From the NCBI GenBank assembly GCA_038245785.1, contig JBBRSB010000007.1:64001-128000 (forward strand): a stretch of DNA of 64,000 bases. Reading direction: 5' to 3'. The position numbers were made by a program, and so were the translations under genes. This DNA is from Gloeobacterales cyanobacterium. Its GTDB lineage: Bacteria > Cyanobacteriota > Cyanobacteriia > Gloeobacterales > PMM-0068. Below the pieces are notes generated by a model that saw only the letters and a program-made list of their open reading frames with translations, was not told the DNA's origin and ran no database searches. Positions 51,157-62,352 of this stretch are shown here, one piece after another. Positions within the stretch are counted from its first letter, which is position 1. Each line of letters opens with the position of its first letter.

Positions 51157-52383
51157 TCAGACAATGACCTTCTCGAGATGCTTTCGCACTTCACCATTAC
51201 CAACGTAGTGTGTCAGCAAGCGGTAATCATGAAGTTCCTTTCGTACACGACCAGCAATAATCGCTGGATGAATTCCTAGTTCATGCGCAAGCTCAACTAC
51301 CTCTGATGGCGTCGGTTTAGAGCAAATTGAGCTTTGGTTCCATATTTCAGAGGAAATTAAAACCTCTTGTGCCCATTGATCAGCCTCACATTCCTTATCG
51401 TCTAACTCAACGGTCTTTACATCTCTAAGACTAAGGTCATCAATAAAAATAGCTTCTGTATCCCCTTTCATGTGCAGCACAACATGCGCTAGTTCATGAC
51501 ATACACAGAACCAAAAATTGTCTAGTCTGTCATAACGAAGCGTTAGACCTATCACAGGAGTGCCATTCGGGAGCTTTAGGGCAGCACCGTCTAGATGGGT
51601 GCGTGGAAGGTGCTGCAGGTAAATAAGATATATACCCTTATTGGCGAGGTACTCCTTCGCAAGCTTTGGACCTTCCTTAGACCAACTCAGCTTCACTAAA
51701 TTACGGGCAACATCCTTTGTGATAGAGCCTTCCTGATAGACCACTGGTAAGGATGTCTCACGCGCTGTTGCAAAAAGCTGCCAACACCAAGCCTTTAGAG
51801 CATAGGGATCCATATTTGCGTTCTGTCGGGTTCCATCATTTTTTCGATAAAGAATTGAAGGCAGGGCGTTGGAGCCTCCGGCCCTCTCAATCAGGTTACG
51901 TATAATTTCTTCTGCTCTATCTTTAAAGTCACGCCCTTTTTCAATCCATCCCAACTTGGCCATTGCGGCTAGAGGGAACTTCGACCAGTCTTCTTCGGAT
52001 GTCTCAGGAAACGACGCTCCTTGCTGGCGCAAAAGCACCTCTGCTGGTATTCCCAAATGTTCATTTAGAGCACGGATCATGTGCAGCGTTAAAGGACGTT
52101 TGCCTGACAGCACTTCTGAAACCTTGGCTCGGCTCCCCATAAAAGGAACTAAATCCCGTGGTGACAAGCCTGCTTGGTCCATACGGAAGCGGATCGCTTC
52201 AATCGGATCAGGCAAATCCATCGGGAAGTGCTGTTCCTCATACAGCTCCACCAGGGTTGCAAGAACTTCTAAGCTATCTGCTTCAGGGCTTCCTTTTTCT
52301 GCATCCATCAAAGACTCAATCCGCGCTAGCGCGGCGTTGTAGTCCTCTTCTGATCTGATTGGTTTTATAGCAGCGTTCATCAT
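51157..52383 (-). CDS. higA: HigA-type antitoxin fused to an ImmA/IrrE-type metallopeptidase domain
   Basis: IKPIRSEEDY..AL, PDPIEAIRFRM, SEVLSGKRPLTL; LRYDRLDNFWF...HELAH. Confidence 0.92.
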   Translation of the reverse strand: MMNAAIKPIRSEEDYNAALARIESLMDAEKGSPEADSLEVLATLVELYEEQHFPMDLPDPIEAIRFRMDQAGLSPRDLVPFMGSRAKVSEVLSGKRPLTLHMIRALNEHLGIPAEVLLRQQGASFPETSEEDWSKFPLAAMAKLGWIEKGRDFKDRAEEIIRNLIERAGGSNALPSILYRKNDGTRQNANMDPYALKAWCWQLFATARETSLPVVYQEGSITKDVARNLVKLSWSKEGPKLAKEYLANKGIYLIYLQHLPRTHLDGAALKLPNGTPVIGLTLRYDRLDNFWFCVCHELAHVVLHMKGDTEAIFIDDLSLRDVKTVELDDKECEADQWAQEVLISSEIWNQSSICSKPTPSEVVELAHELGIHPAIIAGRVRKELHDYRLLTHYVGNGEVRKHLEKVIV

Positions 52384-52682
52384 ATTGTCTCCGGATCAAT
52401 CTTGTCATACTGTTTGTGGGTGCCAATAAACCGGACGTAAATCACTTTGCCAGCAAAATTGATATGAACTACAAGCCGATACTTGTTACCTGAAATGTTG
52501 AATACTACCCGGCCGCCTTTCAAAATACTGGCACTGCGGTATTGCTCTTTTACCTCGGCAGGGCTAGACCACTGCGCTTTCTTTGCTTCTTGATACCAAG
52601 CCTCCAATGGGCCTTGGGCATCATGGTATTCTGGCTTGCTTTCCCAGAATTCGCGAAGCGTACTTCGCTTGATAATCCTCAC
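52380..52682 (-). CDS. higB: HigB family mRNA interferase toxin
   Basis: MRII....LREFW...L.AWY...RVVFNISGNKYRLV...FIGTHKQYDKI; ATGA overlap with higA. Confidence 0.94.
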   Translation of the reverse strand: MRIIKRSTLREFWESKPEYHDAQGPLEAWYQEAKKAQWSSPAEVKEQYRSASILKGGRVVFNISGNKYRLVVHINFAGKVIYVRFIGTHKQYDKIDPETI

Positions 52683-52743
52683 TTAGCACTCTGATAGGTG
52701 CTCATTGCAACAAGCCTTCACAACGCTCCCCAGACAATAGCAT

Positions 52744-52776
52744 AGCACTATGCTCCCAGAAAAGGAACATAGTGCT
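52744..52776. promoter_or_regulatory. inverted repeat upstream of higBA, probable autoregulatory operator
   Basis: AGCACTATG-CTCCCAGAAAAGGAA-CATAGTGCT with perfect 9-bp arms. Confidence 0.6.
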
Positions 52777-52839
52777 TCGTAAGCATATAGAGATCAGAGA
52801 AGCCCCTTACAACCGGACTCAGCACAGTAGCTACACCAA

Positions 52840-54132
52840 CTAAATCACCGTACCGTCAGCAATTACTCCATTTTTAGGAACGACAACGATGCCACTACGG
52901 ATATAGAACGTGCCTTCAGCATCGCCCCCTTCTTCCACTTGGTCTTTGTTGAGAATTTGGACCTGAGCGCCAATCCGAGCGTTTTTATCGATGATGGCTC
53001 CCTTGATATGCGAGTTCTCACCAATCCCTACAGCAGGCAGACCCGATGCTCGGCTCGTCTCTCGATCAGCGGCCCGCTCATAGAAATCAGCGCCCATCAG
53101 CAGGGCATCTTCAATCACAACCCCTTGACCAATTCGGGTCCGCACGCCTACTACAGAATGATGAATTCTTGCCTCTTTGATCAGGCATCCTTCAGAAATA
53201 ATGGACTGAGATATCTGACTATTGAGAATTTTAGAAGGTGGTAGGAACCGGGGTCTAGTATAAATAGGCGCATCCTCCTCATAGAAGCTAAAGGGCGGAT
53301 TTGGCTGGTCTGTTAAAGCCAGATTCGCTTCATAGAAAGAACGTACTGTTCCAATATCTTCCCAATAACCATCGAACAAATAAGCCTGAACATTGCAGCC
53401 GTTACTAATCGCTTTCGGCAGAATATCCTTGCCAAAGTCAGTCTGGCTTTCATCGCTTTCTAGCAATTGAATCATCGCCTCTTTACTGAAGACATAGATA
53501 CCCATAGAAGCGATATAGGGCTTGCGGAGCGCAACTTCAGGATCCAATCCCAAAGTTGTTGTATCCACGCGAGCATCAATCAGCGCTTGCCCTTCTGGTT
53601 TTTCTACAAAAGATAAGACCTCACCCGCTGGACTTGTTTTGATCAAGCCAAAAGAAGAAGCATCCCGTTCCTCCATCGGCAGGACAGCGAGGGTAATGTC
53701 TGCTTTCTTTTCTCGGTGGTGCTCTACAAATTTGCTGTAGTCCATCCGGTAGAGATGGTCCCCCGAAAGAATCAAATACTCTGAGACATCAAACGAACGA
53801 AGCAGCCAGAGATACTGGCGTACAGCATCGGCGGTACCTTGAAACCAGTTTGGATTTTCATCGGTTTGCTCTGCCGCAAGCACTTCAACAAATCCATCGG
53901 AAAACAAATCGAATGTATAGGTCTGAGAAATATGTCGATTCAGAGAAACTGAATTGAACTGTGTCAAAACGTGAATTTTTTGAATACCAGAATTGATGCA
54001 ATTGCTCACGGGGATATCAATCAAGCGATATTTCCCCCCTAAAGGCACCGCAGGCTTTGCTCTCCTCTTTGTTAAGGGATATAGCCGCGATCCCTTGCCA
54101 CCGCCCAAAATGATAGCCAAAACCCGCTTCAT
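52840..54132 (-). CDS. glgC: glucose-1-phosphate adenylyltransferase
   Basis: [50 protein letters not shown]. Confidence 0.97.
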   Translation of the reverse strand: MKRVLAIILGGGKGSRLYPLTKRRAKPAVPLGGKYRLIDIPVSNCINSGIQKIHVLTQFNSVSLNRHISQTYTFDLFSDGFVEVLAAEQTDENPNWFQGTADAVRQYLWLLRSFDVSEYLILSGDHLYRMDYSKFVEHHREKKADITLAVLPMEERDASSFGLIKTSPAGEVLSFVEKPEGQALIDARVDTTTLGLDPEVALRKPYIASMGIYVFSKEAMIQLLESDESQTDFGKDILPKAISNGCNVQAYLFDGYWEDIGTVRSFYEANLALTDQPNPPFSFYEEDAPIYTRPRFLPPSKILNSQISQSIISEGCLIKEARIHHSVVGVRTRIGQGVVIEDALLMGADFYERAADRETSRASGLPAVGIGENSHIKGAIIDKNARIGAQVQILNKDQVEEGGDAEGTFYIRSGIVVVPKNGVIADGTVI

Positions 54133-54368
54133 CATCATGCGTCCTCTTTTTATTTCCTCTCCTATACAGCGTATGATGCCGCAATCCCAGACAGGGGGAC
54201 CCCCGCAATCAAAATTAAGATATACCAATTTCGCTTCACGGAGGATCAGAACCCTATCGGTAGCGGGGAAACAAATTTGCACAAAAGCCTGAATTCAGCT
54301 CTACACACTTGACAAAGCTGAATTATCTATAGATCATACATGTGTGAGGAATCTACATGTAGAGATTT

Positions 54369-54623
54369 ATGGCCCGTCCCCGTCAGTGCCCCTGTTGCCA
54401 TCGTTCCCTTCAATCCATCGCTCAGTTGGATGATGGACTAGTCCGCTGCGAATGGCACGGCCTTTTTCATTGGGAGCCTCGTTATCGTCGTCTGAGGCAT
54501 TTAACCAGCCGCCAGGCATGGAACGTAGACATTACCGGACAAATCATCGCTCCTGGAGGATTCTCAAGGGGACTAGGGTCCAGAACAAAGTCTAAGCCAG
54601 TACAACTTCCAGACCTTCCCTAA
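54369..54623 (+). CDS. small putative Zn-ribbon protein resembling the TIGR02652/DUF2396 N-terminus
   Basis: CPCC...CEWHG.F...P....L.HL.S...W. Confidence 0.5.
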   Translation: MARPRQCPCCHRSLQSIAQLDDGLVRCEWHGLFHWEPRYRRLRHLTSRQAWNVDITGQIIAPGGFSRGLGSRTKSKPVQLPDLP

Positions 54624-54632
54624 TTCACTTAA

Positions 54633-55163
54633 CTATTTAGAGGCTTTAGCAGCTCCTTGAACCTGCTTTAAGGTATCCAGAACTTCCTCGCTGTGACGGA
54701 AAGGATTGACTAGAACAAAGGTCTTGCGCAGCTTACCTTGAGGGTCAATCAGGAACGTGCTGCGCTGTCCACCCTCCGACTGATACTGCTTTGCTAGCGT
54801 TTCCTTTTGGTCAGAGACGAGCGGAAATTTTAAACCGACCGTATTGCAAAACTTTTTGTGGGACTCGATAGAATCTGCACTAACGCCTAAAACCTGGGCA
54901 TTCAGAGCTTGATACTTAGGCATGTCATTTTGGAATTTGCGCGCTTCGATAGTACATCCAGGCGTAAAGTTTGCTGGATAAAAATAGAGCACCAACCACT
55001 TTCCCCGAAAGTCCTCGATCCTGAGATTTTTTCCTTGACTGCTGGGCAGGTCAAAACCAGGAGCCAGATGTCCTACCTCCAAATTAGCGGCAACTGCCGA
55101 AGGCACCGAAATACAAGCAGCTGTTAAAGACAAAGCTAGAGGCAAGAGCGCGCGACAAAGCAT
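54633..55163 (-). CDS. peroxiredoxin (BCP/PrxQ), exported
   Basis: LVLYFYPANFTPGCTIEA, GVSAD; signal peptide. Confidence 0.92.
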   Translation of the reverse strand: MLCRALLPLALSLTAACISVPSAVAANLEVGHLAPGFDLPSSQGKNLRIEDFRGKWLVLYFYPANFTPGCTIEARKFQNDMPKYQALNAQVLGVSADSIESHKKFCNTVGLKFPLVSDQKETLAKQYQSEGGQRSTFLIDPQGKLRKTFVLVNPFRHSEEVLDTLKQVQGAAKASK

Positions 55164-55534
55164 AGAAGTATTCTTAGAAACTTTTCATTAGCATAACGCT
55201 TGATATTAAGAACCGTATATTTTCTTGCCTTGATATAAAGTTCTTTGAGGAATTACAACAATGCTGCACATTCTTCAAGAATATTTCTCATAAGACTTCT
55301 TCTTTTTAATAAGGAATTCTGTACATTTTTAGAAATTCTCTGGACCTCTCTTCCATAGACAAACGCTCTCTGGGTAGAGCTTTGAAGCGATAGAGCATGT
55401 TGTCGCTCCCTTCCTGTTTAGCTTAGTAAAGTTTTACCTGAGAAATGAATTTAGGTTAACAGCCCGTAATGCTTGCGCGTTAGAGGCTCCAAGAGTCGCG
55501 GTACACTGCATTTTAGGACGCAAGAAGTATCGCC

Positions 55535-55954
55535 ATGTCTGAGAAACGAGTAGAAGAGTTCCAAGCGCTTTTGGCCGGGAGCAATCGTGTTGGTCAAATC
55601 CGAGCAGCCCTTGATCTGGTTAGCTTAGGCAATCAACAAGCAGAAGATATTTTGATTTCCGCTTTAGGCAACAGCAATGAACATTCCCGTGCCTGCGCCG
55701 CTATGGCTTTAGGCAAAATGAGGAGCGTCAGAGCCTTGCCAAGATTGGAGAAACTTTTGCAGGGCAATGCTTTCGCCCATTTTTTCCGAGAGCGTTCCCC
55801 AGAAGTACGGCAGACTATTGCCTTTGTATTAAGTCAGATTAGTCAACCCAGTTCGATTCCAGCGCTGAAATATGCAGCGCAAAATGATGAATCAGCAGAA
55901 GTACGGACTGAGGCAGAAGCAGCTCTAGAGCGACTTACCATTAAATCTACGTAG
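55535..55954 (+). CDS. HEAT/PBS-lyase repeat protein
   Basis: R..AA.ALG, EVRQ..A..L and EVR..A..AL repeats. Confidence 0.85.
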   Translation: MSEKRVEEFQALLAGSNRVGQIRAALDLVSLGNQQAEDILISALGNSNEHSRACAAMALGKMRSVRALPRLEKLLQGNAFAHFFRERSPEVRQTIAFVLSQISQPSSIPALKYAAQNDESAEVRTEAEAALERLTIKST

Positions 55955-56125
55955 ATATACTTAGCTTTAATGGTATGCTGCAGGACAGTCAGCAGAAAGG
56001 GGCTCCTAGTATGCTTGTCTAAAATGCGTGGTTGTACGCTCCCAAACACTGAGTTTATGCTGCAGTATAGAACCTAAAATCACCGCAAGTAGTCTACTTT
56101 CAAAATCGTGAGGGGTTTCCTTAAA

Positions 56126-57505
56126 ATGCGTGTAACGGTCGTAGGGACGGGATATGTTGGGTTGGTTACGGGAGCATGTTTAGCGGAGATTGGTCATCAG
56201 GTTGTCTGCATAGACAACAATGAATCAAAAATTGAGGCCTTAAATAAAGGGCACATCCCAATCTATGAACCTGGGTTAGAAGATATCGTCCGTCGTTGTT
56301 CAGGCAAAACGCTTTCCTTTACAACTGATCTTGGACCAAATGTCCGTTCTGCAGAAGTAATTTTCATTGCAGTAGGCACTCCCTCGACTCCGACCGGAGA
56401 AGCAGACCTTCGCTATGTAGAAGCCGTAGCCAAAGCAATTGGTCAGCACTTAGATGGTCAATACCGGGTCATCGTCAATAAATCCACTGTCCCTATTGGG
56501 TCTGGAGACTGGGTCCAGATGCTCATTTTGGATGGGGCTGCTCAGGCAGTAGCGCAGCAAGCTGTCGGAGTGGGAGCAACTGCCTCCAAACCTGAGGAGC
56601 TAAATTTTGATGTAGTCAGTAATCCTGAGTTTCTACGGGAAGGCACTGCGGTCTGGGATACCTTTAATCCAGACAGAATTGTAGTCGGGTCCGGTAGTGC
56701 ACAGGCAGTAGAGCTAATGCAACGCCTTTATAGACCGATTCTTGACCGGGAGTTTGCAGCAGATAAAACCCTAGGTCCTGTGCCTTTTGTAGTCACAGAT
56801 CTTTCCTCTGCGGAAATGATCAAGTACGCAGCCAACGCCTTTTTGGCGACCAAGATTAGCTTCATCAATGAAGTGGCTAATATTTGCGAGCGGGTGGGCG
56901 CTGATGTCACTCAGGTCGCCCGAGGGATGGGATTGGATTCTCGGATTGGAACCAAGTTTCTCAATGCAGGACTCGGTTGGGGTGGAAGCTGCTTCCCGAA
57001 AGATGTTTCAGCCTTGGTCCACACCGCAGCAGATTACGGCCACGAGACCAAAATCCTGAAAGCAGTGATTGAGGTTAACGAAAGCCAGCGGTACCACGTA
57101 ATCGAACGACTCCAGCAAGAGCTGAAAGTTCTGAAGGGTAAAACGATTGGCCTTTTGGGACTGACCTTCAAACCCGATACAGACGATATGCGGGATGCTC
57201 CTGCTTTGACCCTGATTCATCAGTTGAGCAAGCTGGGCGCGAAGGTAAAAGCCTATGACCCCATTGTTTCTGCCTCCGGCATCCGAGAAGGTCTTTCTGA
57301 TGTTTTGGTGGAAACTGACGTGCTCCGACTGGCCCAGGGCTGTGATGCCTTGGTTCTAGTCACAGAATGGAAAGAATTCCAATCTATGGACCTGGAGGCG
57401 ATGGCTAATCTTATGCACCGGCCTGTCCTCGTGGATGCTCGGAACTTCTTAGACCGTGACGCTGTTTCCAAGGCAGGTTTCTTCTATATCGGGGTGGGGA
57501 GATGA
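56126..57505 (+). CDS. ugd: UDP-glucose 6-dehydrogenase
   Basis: [33 protein letters not shown]. Confidence 0.96.
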   Translation: MRVTVVGTGYVGLVTGACLAEIGHQVVCIDNNESKIEALNKGHIPIYEPGLEDIVRRCSGKTLSFTTDLGPNVRSAEVIFIAVGTPSTPTGEADLRYVEAVAKAIGQHLDGQYRVIVNKSTVPIGSGDWVQMLILDGAAQAVAQQAVGVGATASKPEELNFDVVSNPEFLREGTAVWDTFNPDRIVVGSGSAQAVELMQRLYRPILDREFAADKTLGPVPFVVTDLSSAEMIKYAANAFLATKISFINEVANICERVGADVTQVARGMGLDSRIGTKFLNAGLGWGGSCFPKDVSALVHTAADYGHETKILKAVIEVNESQRYHVIERLQQELKVLKGKTIGLLGLTFKPDTDDMRDAPALTLIHQLSKLGAKVKAYDPIVSASGIREGLSDVLVETDVLRLAQGCDALVLVTEWKEFQSMDLEAMANLMHRPVLVDARNFLDRDAVSKAGFFYIGVGR

Positions 57506-58455
57506 GAATTTTAGTTACCGGGGGAGCAGGCTTTATCGGCTCCCATCTCATTGACCGTCTCTTGGAGCAAGGTCATGAAATAATCTGTGTCGATAATCTT
57601 TTCACAGGAAGAAAAGAAAATATCGTGCAGCATTTGGACAATCCGAAGTTCGAATTTATCCGTCACGATATCATCGAGCCCATCCTTCTCGAGGTAGACC
57701 AGATCTATAACCTGGCCTGCCCTGCTTCCCCAGTTCATTACCAGCACAATCCTGTCAAGACCATCAAGACCAATGTCCTGGGAACCTTGAACATGCTGGG
57801 TTTGGCAAAAAGGGTAAAAGCCCGCATTCTTCAGGCCTCCACCTCTGAGGTCTATGGCGATCCTCATATCCATCCTCAGGAAGAAGCATACTGGGGAAAT
57901 GTAAACCCGATTGGCATTAGAAGCTGCTATGACGAAGGCAAAAGGGTAGCGGAAACGCTTATGTTTGATTACCATCGTCAGAACAATGTGGACATCCGGG
58001 TAATTCGCATTTTCAATACCTATGGACCTCGGATGTTAGAAAATGATGGGCGGGTTGTCAGTAACTTTATTGTCCAATCGCTCAGAGGCGAACCGTTAAC
58101 AGTTTACGGAGAGGGACAACAGACTCGTAGTTTCTGCTATGTAAGCGACCTTGTGGAAGGCATGATGCGCTTGATGAATAGCGAACACATCGGGCCTATC
58201 AATATTGGTAATCCTGGAGAATTTACGATTCTAGAACTAGCTCAAAAAGTAAAGGCTATGACTGGAAGCAAATCCGAGATTATTTATAATCCTCTACCTC
58301 AAGATGACCCGAAACAGCGGCAGCCTGATATTACTAAGGCCCAAAATCTACTGGGATGGAATCCAGGAATCCCTCTAGAAGTTGGCTTAGAAAGAACCAT
58401 CGGTGATTTCGCTCAACGGATGGGTGTTCAGACAAAGATCAAGTCAGCGCTGTAA
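57502..58455 (+). CDS. UDP-glucuronate decarboxylase (UDP-xylose synthase)
   Basis: [32 protein letters not shown]. Confidence 0.95.
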   Translation: MRILVTGGAGFIGSHLIDRLLEQGHEIICVDNLFTGRKENIVQHLDNPKFEFIRHDIIEPILLEVDQIYNLACPASPVHYQHNPVKTIKTNVLGTLNMLGLAKRVKARILQASTSEVYGDPHIHPQEEAYWGNVNPIGIRSCYDEGKRVAETLMFDYHRQNNVDIRVIRIFNTYGPRMLENDGRVVSNFIVQSLRGEPLTVYGEGQQTRSFCYVSDLVEGMMRLMNSEHIGPINIGNPGEFTILELAQKVKAMTGSKSEIIYNPLPQDDPKQRQPDITKAQNLLGWNPGIPLEVGLERTIGDFAQRMGVQTKIKSAL

Positions 58456-58505
58456 TTCCCCCTTCCTCCCTTAAATAAGGCTACGGTGTATACAGATCTT
58501 GGAAT

Positions 58506-58576
58506 CGCCCCCCTGCCCCCCAAAGTTGGGGGGTTCTGTACTCAAAGTCCCCCAACTTTGGGGGATTTAGGGGGCG
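58506..58576. repeat. cyanobacterial double-hairpin REP-like repeat
   Basis: Outer CGCCCCC/GGGGGCG enclosing CCCCCCAA-AG-TTGGGGGG and TCCCCCAA-CT-TTGGGGGA. Confidence 0.75.
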
Positions 58577-58598
58577 GTTCAAATGAAGGGGGTTCTTT

Positions 58599-60194
58599 TT
58601 ATAAGGGAGCAACTTTGAGGAATTTCACTTTGGGGTTGCGTTCTATCATATTGTCGCAGCCCCATTCATTCTTGAAGAGAATCACAAATCGACCATGCTG
58701 GTCTTTTACGCCAACAGTATCAAAGTACCAATCCAGGTTTGCAATATCCTCTGGCGTCCCTTCGATCCAGCGGGCTAGACGATAGGGCAAGGGTTCCAAG
58801 ATAGTTTCGACATTATATTCACTTTCTAAACGAAAACGGACCACATCGAATTGCAGTTGACCAACAGCTGCAAGAATCGGGTCTCGTTTAGCATCATCTT
58901 GGTAATACATCACCTGGACAGCCCCTTCTTCTTGCAGCTCACTCAGGCCCTTTTGAAATTGTTTGTACTTAGAAGGGACAGGGTTACGCAGCAGTGCAAA
59001 GTATTCAGGGGCAAACTGAGGAATGCCTTCAAACTGAAGTGAGGTCCCGGCACAAACGGTATCTCCAATTGCAAAGACACCAGGGTTCATCAAACCGACA
59101 ATGTCTCCGGCATAGGCTTCCTCAACTATTTCACGGTCTTGAGCAAAGAGTTTTTGAGGGCGGGTAAGACGAATTTTCTTACCAGAGCGCATATGCTGGA
59201 CGGTCATATCTTTTTCAAAACGTCCTGAACAAACCCGAATAAAAGCAACCCGGTCACGGTGCTTGGGGTCCATATTGGCCTGGATTTTGAAGACAAATCC
59301 ACTAAACGCTTCTTCATCCGGACTAATCACTCCCTGACGGGTCAATTGGGGACCAGGGGCAGCAGCGTACTGAATAAACGTATCGAAAAACAGCTGCACT
59401 CCAAAATTGGTCATCGCTGAGCCAAAAAAGACAGGAGACAGCAGTCCTCGGTGTACTCGTTCTAAATCAAATTCTTCTCCAGCACCTTCTAGGACTTCCA
59501 TATCGTCCAGGAGTTGCTTATAGAGTTCTGCACCAATAAGCTCTTTTAGCGCTCCATCATAGAGGTCACGCACCTGGACAGGCGCCTGTTTCTTGCCTCT
59601 AGAGACTCGCTCGAAGAGGTGCACGCTGTGGGTAAGGCGGTCATAAACCCCACGGAAGGTATCTCCAGAACCAATCGGCCAATTGGCAGGATAGACCCCG
59701 ATGCCCAGCGTGCGCTCAATTTCATCTAAAAGCTCCAGGGGCTCTCGGCCTGGGCGGTCCATCTTATTGACAAAGGTGAAAATGGGCAGCCCCCGCATCC
59801 GGCAGACATCGAAGAGCTTTCGCGTCTGAGGCTCAATCCCTTTAGCCGCATCAATCAGCATGACCGCATTGTCTGCTGCCGCTAAGGTGCGATAGGTATC
59901 TTCACTAAAATCTTGGTGGCCTGGAGTATCGAGGAGGTTTATATACCAGTCGTGATAAGGAAACTGCAAAACCGTACTGGTAATTGAAATTCCCCGTTGT
60001 TTTTCCAGTTCCATCCAGTCAGAAGTGGCTCTGCGCTGGTCTCCCCGCGCTTTAACAGCACCTGCCAAGTTAATCGCTTCTCCGTAGAGGAGGAGCTTCT
60101 CAGTCAGCGTAGTTTTTCCCGCGTCGGGGTGGGAAATAATCGCAAAGTTACGACGACGGGATACCTGTTCGGCAAGAGCGGTCAGAGCAGTCAT
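58599..60194 (-). CDS. prfC: peptide chain release factor 3
   Basis: [47 protein letters not shown]. Confidence 0.97.
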   Translation of the reverse strand: MTALTALAEQVSRRRNFAIISHPDAGKTTLTEKLLLYGEAINLAGAVKARGDQRRATSDWMELEKQRGISITSTVLQFPYHDWYINLLDTPGHQDFSEDTYRTLAAADNAVMLIDAAKGIEPQTRKLFDVCRMRGLPIFTFVNKMDRPGREPLELLDEIERTLGIGVYPANWPIGSGDTFRGVYDRLTHSVHLFERVSRGKKQAPVQVRDLYDGALKELIGAELYKQLLDDMEVLEGAGEEFDLERVHRGLLSPVFFGSAMTNFGVQLFFDTFIQYAAAPGPQLTRQGVISPDEEAFSGFVFKIQANMDPKHRDRVAFIRVCSGRFEKDMTVQHMRSGKKIRLTRPQKLFAQDREIVEEAYAGDIVGLMNPGVFAIGDTVCAGTSLQFEGIPQFAPEYFALLRNPVPSKYKQFQKGLSELQEEGAVQVMYYQDDAKRDPILAAVGQLQFDVVRFRLESEYNVETILEPLPYRLARWIEGTPEDIANLDWYFDTVGVKDQHGRFVILFKNEWGCDNMIERNPKVKFLKVAPL

Positions 60195-60325
60195 GATTCT
60201 TCTGGGGTCCAAGCCTATACAGCCTAACAAGAATCAGGGAACACCGCTTGTTCCTCAATCGAACTAAATCGAATTTGTTATGAGGCAGGCATCGGACCTG
60301 TCTGATCCTTCGACATTAGGCTGAA

Positions 60326-61210
60326 CTAACTTGAAATTCTTCTTAACTTACCCTGCATCATTTCTATAGTAGGAATGAGGCGCGATATTTTTTTGGAAAT
60401 TGCTCCCGTGCCCAACAGATTCGTGGGTCTTTTACCCCTATACGCAGTTCGATCAAGGATGTCGAAAAATCGCTCCTTGAACTTATAGTCATAATCAGCA
60501 TGCCAGGGCTTCACTCTGCCAAGAAAGTGAATAATCCCATCGTTAAAATTCTCAGGAGCCTCATATTTAGATGTATTCCATTTCGCCTCTAAATTTAGCC
60601 ATTTATCTTCCACGACAATGTTGAGTGCATCCTGATCCATTCCATCAAGAAGATCGTACTTTTCAACCCCGATTTTGATTGCTCGCGAACCAACTTCATC
60701 CTTCCTCCAAGCATCAAGATCAATTAGCATGACTCCAGAGTTGAAATACAATGACGGATTTTTTAGCCCCAGCTTATCTTTGAAGCGCACAAGTTGAACC
60801 TCATTAAACGAAGAAATATCACGAACACAGCCTGTAATATTCCCTATCAAATCAGTATTGTAGAGTTCTGTAATGTCTGAAAAAACAATCAAATCAGTAT
60901 CTAGATACAGGCAACGAGAAAGATTGGGAAGATACTCATCCATGTATAGACGAGCATAAGCTGTTTTACTTTTTACGAAAAGTGTTGTGCGAAAAGGGGC
61001 AACCTTACGCTCATCCAAAGGGAAAAATTCTATCGTCCCAGCATTTGGCATTTTCCAAGAATTAAGCAAGTCTAGTTGTTCGCTTTCCTTTAAGTTCACT
61101 GACAGGATATAGACATTGCAAGTCGTGCTGCAATGTTCGAGAACAGAGCGAATCGTAACGGCTAATCCCCACAAATTGTTGGAATCTGTTGCTAAAACAA
61201 GATTAATCAT
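60326..61210 (-). CDS. glycosyltransferase family 8
   Basis: YARL, LYLDTD, YFNSGVMLIDL, DQDALN, IIHF.G..KPW. Confidence 0.93.
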   Translation of the reverse strand: MINLVLATDSNNLWGLAVTIRSVLEHCSTTCNVYILSVNLKESEQLDLLNSWKMPNAGTIEFFPLDERKVAPFRTTLFVKSKTAYARLYMDEYLPNLSRCLYLDTDLIVFSDITELYNTDLIGNITGCVRDISSFNEVQLVRFKDKLGLKNPSLYFNSGVMLIDLDAWRKDEVGSRAIKIGVEKYDLLDGMDQDALNIVVEDKWLNLEAKWNTSKYEAPENFNDGIIHFLGRVKPWHADYDYKFKERFFDILDRTAYRGKRPTNLLGTGAISKKISRLIPTIEMMQGKLRRISS

Positions 61211-61361
61211 GAAATTTTCCTTAATTGAGTGGCTGGAATAATCATTTAGTAGAACTAGTTGGTTAGATGTTTGAGCGTGCGTCAAAATTTATCCTAGAGG
61301 AGCAATAGAGAGAGCCTTTTTTCTAGGATTCGAGTTGTGATTCTTATGCCGATTCCGATTT

Positions 61362-62201
61362 CTAAAGGCCTAAACCATACTTCATCTTGAGGGCAAGAAG
61401 AGATTTGAGGACAATCACAGGAAAAGCACTGTATCTCCTTGTCACCAACAAGAAATGATGACGGGCTAACCAGATAATTAGTCGATGCCGATCAATCACC
61501 AGAGAAGTCGCTGTCTTGGTTACGGACAGGTCATGGATGCGATAGAGATAGGAAGGTTCGGAGAAACCCTTTACGGAGTATCCATACATGACATTCCAGA
61601 TGAGGGCGATCGCATCTGCGAGATCGGTGTCGATCGCGGGCACTTGCTGGACTATTTTCGTGCGAAACACAAAACCGGGGAAGTTGCCGAAGTGCGAGTG
61701 TTTATTCGATAGAAAGATCCGGAGCCACCCACTATAGTCCTCTTCGGCGGGTGGTTTTGACCAACTGAGCAAGCCTCCAGTCTCTTTCCCCTCCGAATTG
61801 ATAATCAGGGCATCACTGGCAGCGATACCGTGTTTTTCACTCTGGCTCAGCCAGTCGATCGACCGCTGGAGATGATGCGGCAACCAGATATCGTCGTCGT
61901 TGTGCACTGCAACGAAATGCGTCTCCATTTCCTGCAAGCCTAAGCGGAAATGCTCCATGATAGAAAGCTTGCCACTGCGCCGTACATAGCGCACCAGGTG
62001 ATCGGGGTTGCGCTGGCGAAACTCCTCCAGCAGAGCTTCATTGGCCTGCGCCGATGCGTCATTCGTAGAGTTGTCCGAAAGTACCAAGCGCCACTGCCGA
62101 TAGACCTGCGCTTCAATCGACTTGAGGGTCGAGGAAAGGTAATGGGGACGGTTACGGGCGAGCAGAAAAATAGTAACGGGGATCTCGGTAATAGTATTCA
62201 T
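61362..62201 (-). CDS. glycosyltransferase family 2
   Basis: RNRPHYL...SIEAQ, SDNS, NDDDIW, YRIH. Confidence 0.88.
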   Translation of the reverse strand: MNTITEIPVTIFLLARNRPHYLSSTLKSIEAQVYRQWRLVLSDNSTNDASAQANEALLEEFRQRNPDHLVRYVRRSGKLSIMEHFRLGLQEMETHFVAVHNDDDIWLPHHLQRSIDWLSQSEKHGIAASDALIINSEGKETGGLLSWSKPPAEEDYSGWLRIFLSNKHSHFGNFPGFVFRTKIVQQVPAIDTDLADAIALIWNVMYGYSVKGFSEPSYLYRIHDLSVTKTATSLVIDRHRLIIWLARHHFLLVTRRYSAFPVIVLKSLLALKMKYGLGL

Positions 62202-62352
62202 CTGGACAGGGCCTCTGATCAAAATTAAGAGCTGTGACGTCTTGGACGAGTACACCCAAAACCCTACCCGTCACAGCAGGACAGGCAAAAAGCATTGTCA
62301 GTGGATAACCAGTAGATAAATAGAGAAGAAGTAGACCTGGTAGTAAGGTTAG

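Noticed and set aside
60222..60321. attC-like inverted repeat after GT8 (GCCTAAT...GTTAGGC on the minus strand)
   Set aside because: R'' lacks the AAC triplet and the inner arms do not follow the L-box spacing; it may just be a terminator or promoter hairpin.
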